From: Spirogloea muscicola
Taxonomy: Eukaryota
Direction: 5' to 3'
Assembly: GCA_009602725.1 (NCBI GenBank)
Contig: WELB01000002.1
Span: 1,699,194 to 1,763,193, forward strand
DNA length: 64,000 bases
In this document: positions 56,676 to 64,000 of the stretch, one piece after another
How positions within the stretch are numbered: position 1 is the stretch's first letter
Layout of the letters: each line of letters begins with the position of its first letter
The notes under the pieces: generated by a model
Told to the model about the DNA's origin: nothing
Seen by the model: only the letters and a program-made list of their open reading frames with translations
Databases searched by the model: none
Program-made: the position numbers and the translations under genes

Positions 56676-59420
56676 ATGGCTGCGCCGATGCTGAGCTGGG
56701 CGGCTGCCCTGCTCTCCATGGCCTGCCTCGTCGCGATCCAGGCCGGCGCTGCAGATGGTGAGCATCGCGCTGCACAACGACATTCCCGAAGGACGGCGCA
56801 CTAGCAGCTTTGGCAGCCGGGCTAGCCTGGGCACTGCGCGGCCTGCGTATGACAACCGCACGCACATTAACTTGTTCACTGTGAGGACTGTTGCTGAGGC
56901 CCGGCCGTTGCTTGTCCTCGTCTGCAGCCGCGTGCGAGGCATCGAATTACGTGATCCAGGTCAACAGCGTGGATGACCTTGCTCTGCGGGAGGGCTACCC
57001 ATCAACATCCGCTGTGACACTCGTCCTGCAACGCAGCCTCACGCTGAGCACCACTCTCGTCCTTGGCTCAGTGTTCGACTGCACGGTCCTGTCCGCGGCC
57101 CCCGACGTCACGCTCACGGCGCCCTTCGATGGCGCGCCCGCGCTCAAGGTCGACGGCGTCTCCAGCCTGCTCGTGCAGGGCGTCAGCATTGCCACGACAC
57201 GCACAGCGCTCTCGCCCAGCCCTTGCAAGTAAGTAGGGACTGCCTGGCCGCCTGCCAGCCACTCACTCGTGCTGCTCACTGGTTGCTCGTTAATAGCATT
57301 CACTAGCAGAGCGTTGCGCACCCGCTAGAAGGTGGTGAGTTCACTGAAGCTGACTCGCGCTTGTGTGAACAACTGTGTCGTGCAGCGCCGTGGACAGGGT
57401 GACTGGAGACGGGCTGTGCCCGGCCGTGGGCATCTACAACAGCCGCAACGTGCAGTTGGTAGGCGCACGTGTCACAGGCGGCCGCGTGGACATGTACAAC
57501 TGCACCATGTCTGAGCTCAACTCGCTGATGGTTTCAGTCGAGGCCTTTGACAAGGGCATCCGCATTGGCCGCACCGGCACGGTCGTGCCGACCACTGGCA
57601 ATGTGATCGTGGCATCCAACACCGTCAGCGGCGGGACCGTCGGCATCCTCCTCCACAGGGTATGCACGGCAGGCTGATTGTGGTCCACATGTCGCGCTTG
57701 ACTGTCAACAGGATTGAGGGTTAAGTGAAATCGAGTGAAAGTCCTCTAACACGTAGGACATGCTTGCTTAGCGTCTCTAGCGCTTCCTGCGGCTGATGAC
57801 AGAAATCTCCTGTCTCTACAGGGTGCTATTGGCGTGACTGTGAAGAACAACTACATTACGGCTTTTGTATTTGCCGGTATCCAATTGGGTGAGGGCGCCG
57901 TCCCTGTTGGCAATGCCATGCTCAATATGATCTCACACAACTACATATATATTCCGGATGCTGCCACTGGCCTGGCACCCGAGACAGCTGGCATCTATAT
58001 CATCGGCCACTACTTCAATCCAGGTACTTTGATTATGGCCTCCTTGCCTCTCCCTACTGAAATGCAGTGAGCAGCCTTTTGACCTCCAGCCACTATTGTA
58101 TACTCGACCTTTAATGATCTGGATTATCTGAGCTTAATTACTGCGAGCTTCCATGTGTGAATGTTAGCCTTCTTCCCAAGCATTACGGTATTAGCCTTGG
58201 TTGCTTGTTGCACAGCAGGACAAACGCATATATCCTATTACTGCTTGACTGATGTGTCTTCTTAGTGGTCTCTTCGACAGATAACTACTTGACCTGCAAT
58301 TACGTTGTTGGGCCAGTCACAAACTGCATTTTCCTGGACTACGCTACAGCGCTTGTGAGGGTCGACGGTGCTGTGTGCGTGAACAACGCCCGCGGTCTAA
58401 AGCTCAACACTGGGCACATCAACTCAGTCGCAGGAATGGTGGTTGTCAACCCATCTAGTGGCGGTGGTTTCATAGCTAACCAGCTCTCGTACAGCTGCAC
58501 CCCTGGGTCATTGGGCTCACTCTGGCAGCAACAATTCCTCAGCAAGCTCAGCTCCAGCAGCTTCAATAATGTAAGCTGGCAACATCCAATGTCCTGCTTT
58601 CAGTTTTCTCTAGCATACAAACAGGTTATCTTGCATGATAAGGCCTCATTCATGCTATTCTCAAGCCCTGTCTGACCAGTTACTGGTGATGGAAAAAGTT
58701 CGAACACTGCATACTTGCAAGCTAATCGCACCGGCTTAAGGCTCAACTTGGCCCTCCCTCTACTGGCAGGCCTACCCTCAGCTATCCACCATCTGCAGCG
58801 AGGAAACGGTGACTGTTCAAGGAAGTCAGATCTCGTGCAACTTGCCAGGTGGCTATGATGCTTCTGTGACTGGCGGATGCAGCGGAGTCCCTACAGAGAA
58901 CAGCTGGGAGGTCAGCTTCTGACAATGCTAGCTTGATGCAGCTAAACAAGGGAACTGAATGTAGCTAAACTGGATGACTTGCGGAGAAGTTAACAGTGAT
59001 ATTTATTGTGGAGGCCTGCATTCTGCATTCTGCATCTGGAATCTAAATTGGAAATATTCCTCAATACCTTGACTTTAAGAAAGTGCTTTACTCATGCCCA
59101 ATGTACGATGATGCGTGCAGGTGGTAGTGGTGGCACCAAGGGGTTCACTTCCCTCGACCTACTTGAACACCAACAATCTGCCCGCGGTCCCCCTTATCAA
59201 TGAGATCTATGCAAGGACCTACTACGGCCCCTCCGTGGAGGTTGCAGAGAAGACCCACAGCCTCCGCTTCTACGACTCGGCCAACGGCGACTTTGGCATC
59301 TACAACGACTCCATGATCACGTCCGGGCGGCCAGGCTTCAGATCCTGCCCGAGGGCCACCTGCGGCCCCCAGCTCATAAGTCCAGCTCAATTCCACAGCG
59401 CCTTCTTTGCAAACTCCTGA
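56676..59420 (+). CDS. Secreted right-handed parallel beta-helix (pectin-lyase-like fold) protein, about 7 exons
   Basis: Signal peptide MAAPMLSWAAALLSMACLVAIQAG. Beta-helix-like repeats (VGIYNSRNVQL, GVTVKNNYI..GIQLG, NMISHNYI..GIYI, IFLDYAT..VRVDG). C-terminal FYDSANGDF. Function unassigned. Confidence 0.7.
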
Positions 59421-60353
59421 GGACCTGGCGCAGCTTCCTTGTACGATTCGGCGGAGACAAGAGCTTCGCCATCACACCCCACAAACCCATCTTTCTGTGG
59501 CTTTGCCACTGTTGAGACTGGTGAGCACGCACTTGCTAGGGTCCAGGAGTAGCTTGGGCTCAGGTGCGTTGGTGTGGACTTTATTTAGCCAGCTGCTTTT
59601 GCGACTAGCATTTGGGCCTCCTTCACTCCATCCTTCAGGTAGGCAAGAGAGTTACCCAGATGACTTCTCCTAGGAAGTCAGTGTGCCGACTTGCCTGTAG
59701 CAATGTTGCGAGTGGCCCAAGGCATGCCCCTCCTTTCGGCACAGCTCCTGCACATTCGACAGGGCCCCAAAGGAATGCACATGCCAGGGAGTCCATTTGA
59801 TTTTGTCCGCTAAAACTTATCTCCTTGAGAGATTCGACGTCCATTCGACGTCCGGGGCTTTGTATATTGTGTTCTGGTGCTATCACTACATTGCGACTCA
59901 TGGTCAGGTCAAAGATCTGAAAAGGGAGGGAGACAGCTGGTTGTAGCATTTCAGATAGAGTGCCCGAAGCACAGCAGATGAAGCAATAGCAATTGCAAAG
60001 TTGATGATGGAAGTGAGGTGGATTCTCATGTATACTGGTACAACTGCTTAATTTTGCTTGATAGACGAGGCAGACAATTGAATCATGATTGTCACATTGA
60101 AGATTGCTTATGGTACACACTATTCCCTCTTAGCCTTCTCCAGATCCTGTTGCTTATCCGGGGGGGCTGATGGAAGTGTCCAGGATTTTGAATGGAGACC
60201 CTCGATGGTGGATGGTTGATGTCCATCTCGTAATAGGCATTTACAGCCGCTTTGAGTTGACCGCTTACAGTCCCTAATGGAAGGTTCCAAGGCTGGAGAA
60301 TGACGGGGTATGTGAACACATTGCTGATCAAGTATCGGCTTTTGCTGGAGACT

Positions 60354-63300
60354 CTACAACGACAAGGATGTGTTAGGTGCTAGGGCTGAGCAGCTATCCT
60401 GCTCGAGGACGCAGATCCTCTTGACATCTGCCAGGTAGGACTGCATGAAGCTGTTACGGCAGCCATAGTTGATGTCCTCGGACTGGCAGATGTCAGGGTA
60501 CTTGCCGCGCAACCTTGCGCCGGCCATCTGCTCATCTACTTTGGCGGCCTCGACAATCTCGGCGGCAAGCGCCAGCATGCGCTCCAGGCTTTGGAGGTCC
60601 GGCTTGGTCAGCTCGATCTGCCGATTGTGTGTGAAGTAGCTCTTGCAGTCCGTGTCCCGGGTGCAGTCCTGGACGCTCAGGTGGCCAAACTGTGCATCGC
60701 CAGCGCGCGTCTCGCCGGCACGGCACTGGTGCATCATATATGTCAGACCCGTGTTGACGGCCATGTAGTGGTATGTCTGGTGCAGCGTGTTGTAAGGCTC
60801 GATCTCGAGCAGCACGCTCGCGGCGCGAGCGAGCGCTGCTGGGTTGAGCAGCCCCGCGCCATGCAGTGAGACGATGATGTCCGCCTCCTGCACCGCCCGG
60901 AACTGTGCCATGAACGGCATACCCTGTCGCCACCCAGAGCCGCAATTGTTGATCACGACCATGGAATGTAGGGTTTAGGCTTTAGGTTAGGGTGTAAGGC
61001 TTAGGGTTTAGAGAGGTTTAGTGGAGACTTCACAAAGGTCCAAGCTTATCACTGACAGCGAGACTATGAGCAATGTAAGCGTACTGAATTCTGCTACATT
61101 GACACTCTTGCTGTAAGTACCTGGAACTCGACCATGCGGACCCGGAATCCCAGCTTGGCAAAGAGCCCCAGCAGCGCCTCGTGGCTCTCTGTGGTGAACA
61201 TGCGCCTCCCGGTCGTCACCTTCTGGTCCAGCCGCGTAATGTACAGCACCGTGATCTCGCCGATGGCGATCTGCGGCTGGGGGGTGAGACTCCGCCGCAG
61301 CTCGCGCTGGAACTTCTTGGCCACCTTCGGGCCACCAGGGTACACCGTGGCCTGCACGCCGTGCACCCATTTACCCAATAGCATAAGCTTGCTGCTGGGA
61401 CATCCGAAGCTCGCTTTTGCTTGTGCATGCCCGTTCTCCCGATAGCGAGGCCATAAAATTCTCTTGCCATGGGCTTTCTCACCTTCAACACCCCGGGCAT
61501 GATGACACGCTCAAAGCACAGCGGCTTATCTTCGGTCGCTGCATCAAAGGCCTCCTCGAATTCCACAGTGTTCCACGCCATCGGCCTGCGCACAGCTGTA
61601 GGGAGTTAGCTTTGGCATCTGCGTGAGGGATGCCATGCCTGGGACGTTCAACAGCTGATGACTGCGGGCACTTGGGCGACCTTCATGGTGCATTTCTCCT
61701 GCGAAAAATCGGCAACTGAGCTGTGTGCATCTCTGCCGCTCTAGCAGTACTCTATAGACTGTGCTTGCAGAGGGTTCATGCTGCCACAGACAAGAGGGTC
61801 TACTATGTGCTCTATTGACGAGTCTGACTGTCCTCTTAAATCACAGGGTCACTCAAGCTGCAGCTTGAAGAGAGGAGCGATGCTCACTTGTCGCCAAGCA
61901 CGAGGTGGGGCTCCATCTCAGAGTGCCACTCGAATCGAGTGCCTAGCTGCTGGCGCATCACAAGGATAGCGAGCTGCCGTATGAACGTTGCGTGGAACCC
62001 GGTCGTCCCCAAGTGGCGCAGCCTGAAGACCCCAGCTTACGGTAGGTCAGAGGAGTGTAGTCGAGCATGAGAACGAAGGTATGTGGCAGCTGCAATCAGC
62101 TTGACTTAGTGTACAGCATTGTAAGACAGAGGACCCAGGATTGGTGCTTTAGACGAGAGGCCAGTGGCCATGTCCATCAGCTTGCGCAACAGAAGGGCAC
62201 CTCATCAGTGTGTCGTGAGCACGCGGGAGGGCCACGCGGTGGACGGGCAGAGCGAGCGCCGGCTCTGCATAAAAAAGCGATAGGCAGCAAGAGTTGTGCC
62301 GCAAGTGAGGCACGGCACAGCAAAATGCTGCCACATTAGCTTCCCCACTTCTGATTAGCTCAATTTGCATAAGCCAGCGTGTCAATAAAGTCTACCAGAC
62401 CTCGCAAGCTGCGCACTGGCTGCACAAACTGCTGCTAGTTGGGGTAGCAACCATTGAGGCAATGCGGTTCTGACCGGTGGCATTGTTGACCAGGAGCATC
62501 TGCGCGAGCTTGCCAAAGATGTGCGCCACATTCGTGTTGCTCTTGTCCATGTACTGCAGGTACGTCGTGCCGCGCCGCCATGTGATGGCCGCCCGGCTGA
62601 GGAATGGCGCGGCGAGCCATGTCAGGGGCCTGCATCAGCCTGCCAGGCGATGTGTTCTCCCGCGCATCTGCTTGGTCCAAAAGTCCATACTGTGGTGACT
62701 AACCTGGCAAGCCAAGACATGGGCCGTCCCCCAAATTGCATCTCTGTCTCCTTCTTCAGCTGCAGCAGCGACGACAGCGGCGTCAGCAACCACAGTGCTA
62801 GCAATCGCGTCAGCGCTCGGCTGGCAAGAGTGACACGGCACATACGGCCAAGGAATGCCAGCCGCAGATAATCACTCACGTGCTTCTTCCAGGACTTGTA
62901 TTTAGGGAAGCTGCAGCGCAGCAGCTCCAGCGGCCCGCCTGGCGCTACTGCAGGAGCAAAGAACAACGGGGAGGCGAGCTGCCCATCAGCATTGCTTGTT
63001 ATGCTGGCAACAGCTAGGCGAGGCGTGGCAACGATATTGCAGCGGGCCGCGGGCTTGCGGTCGTGCAGCCCGCACCGGCACTATCGTCATTGGCGCACTC
63101 CTCGTCCATTGTCAGCGCATGCGTGCCATTGAAGCACATCGTGTCGACCACCGCCAGGAGCTGCAGGCAGCAGAACTGCGACGCCAGGTGGCAGGTGGCA
63201 GCAATCAGTGCACGTGCCTATAGGCCAAAAAAATGAAGTGGTCGATCTTCCAGGCGGCGAATGTCTGTGTACCTTGTTTTCCACGCGGTACATGCTCCAT

Positions 63301-63874
63301 GTAGAAGGCAGTGTGGTCGGCGGCGGCGTGTTTAGCTTCAGTGATTCTTCCGCAACCGCCGATTCCCAGTCTGTAAGTCCTAAGCTGAGGATTGTGCGCA
63401 GCTCTGTATGCACGGTCTGCATGCAGCCGCACCAGCGCACCCGCTGTCAGCTCAGGACTAGAGCCGCTCAGCCCCCATCAGTGGCGGGATGCGGTCGCCG
63501 GCTGTCGTGACGGTGGCATGGCCGGCTCACCGCGTTGCTCCCGGTGGCATTTGCAGAATCACCGGCGGCGGCTGCCTGCACGGCAGCTGCCGCAGGGATG
63601 GTGGCGGCGGCGGCGTTGGCAGCGGCCTGTCTCAACTCGCCTTCCAGCTGCGCGACATTGGCCTTCAGGCTGCGCAGCTCCTCTGCCGCCGCCGGTGCAG
63701 CTGCCGCCGTCTCCGATGCCGGCGCTACCGCACTGTTGCCTTCCCCGTCCAGCACGCGGCGCGGGCGCTTGCCCAGCCCAGGCTGGCCCGCCAAGGAGAG
63801 CGCCGTGCGCAGCGCCTCCGCATCTTCGAGCGCCGCTTGGTAGAAGTTCCTCGGCAGGAGGCCCCCTCCGTAAG
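60354..63874 (-). CDS. Glycosyltransferase family 61 (DUF563) protein; 5' exon outside the window
   Basis: DHFIFL; LCFERVI; VLYITR..RRMF; GMPFMAQFRAVQEADIIVSLHGAGLLN..VLLEIEPY (GT61 HGAGL signature). Ala-rich/coiled-coil stem region. Confidence 0.85.
60969..61020. repeat. Degenerate interstitial (TTTAGGG)n tract in the last GT61 intron
   Basis: tagggtttaggctttaggttagggtgtaaggcttagggtttag. Confidence 0.7.
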
Positions 63875-64000
63875 CTGCAGCATGTGCGCAATGGCGTTGG
63901 CGAGCGAGCAGCAATTGAGAGCGCTGTCAAGCTGGGAGTTCTCATTCTTCAAAGAATCGCATTATATGTGTCACATACACTAGTCAATTATCTCCTACAA

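Overview
Eukaryotic, GC-rich, intron-containing window with a land-plant-type gene set and TTTAGGG-type telomeric motifs. I infer a streptophyte alga, possibly Zygnematophyceae. Eleven protein-coding loci are recognisable: a PB1-domain Raf-like (B4) kinase, an SBP-box TF, a SEN1/UPF1-family helicase, TEX261/Svp26, an HsfA-type HSF, ARP9, a group-C bZIP, DPH2, the C-terminal half of a PICALM/ANTH-type gene, a secreted beta-helix protein and a GT61 glycosyltransferase. The main unexplained structure is a set of about 50 (hand count) 5'-truncated 3' ends of CRE-like, restriction-like-endonuclease non-LTR retrotransposons. They share a structured 3' motif (GGGCTGGC..CAGCC..TGG(A/G)AGAGC) and a (CTT)n tail. 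They insert into each other at TTC sites, with visible TSDs, and one has captured a fragment of a host Ecdysoneless/SGT1 gene. They occur only on the 5' (promoter) side of genes. Two N gaps and four single-n positions limit some gene models.
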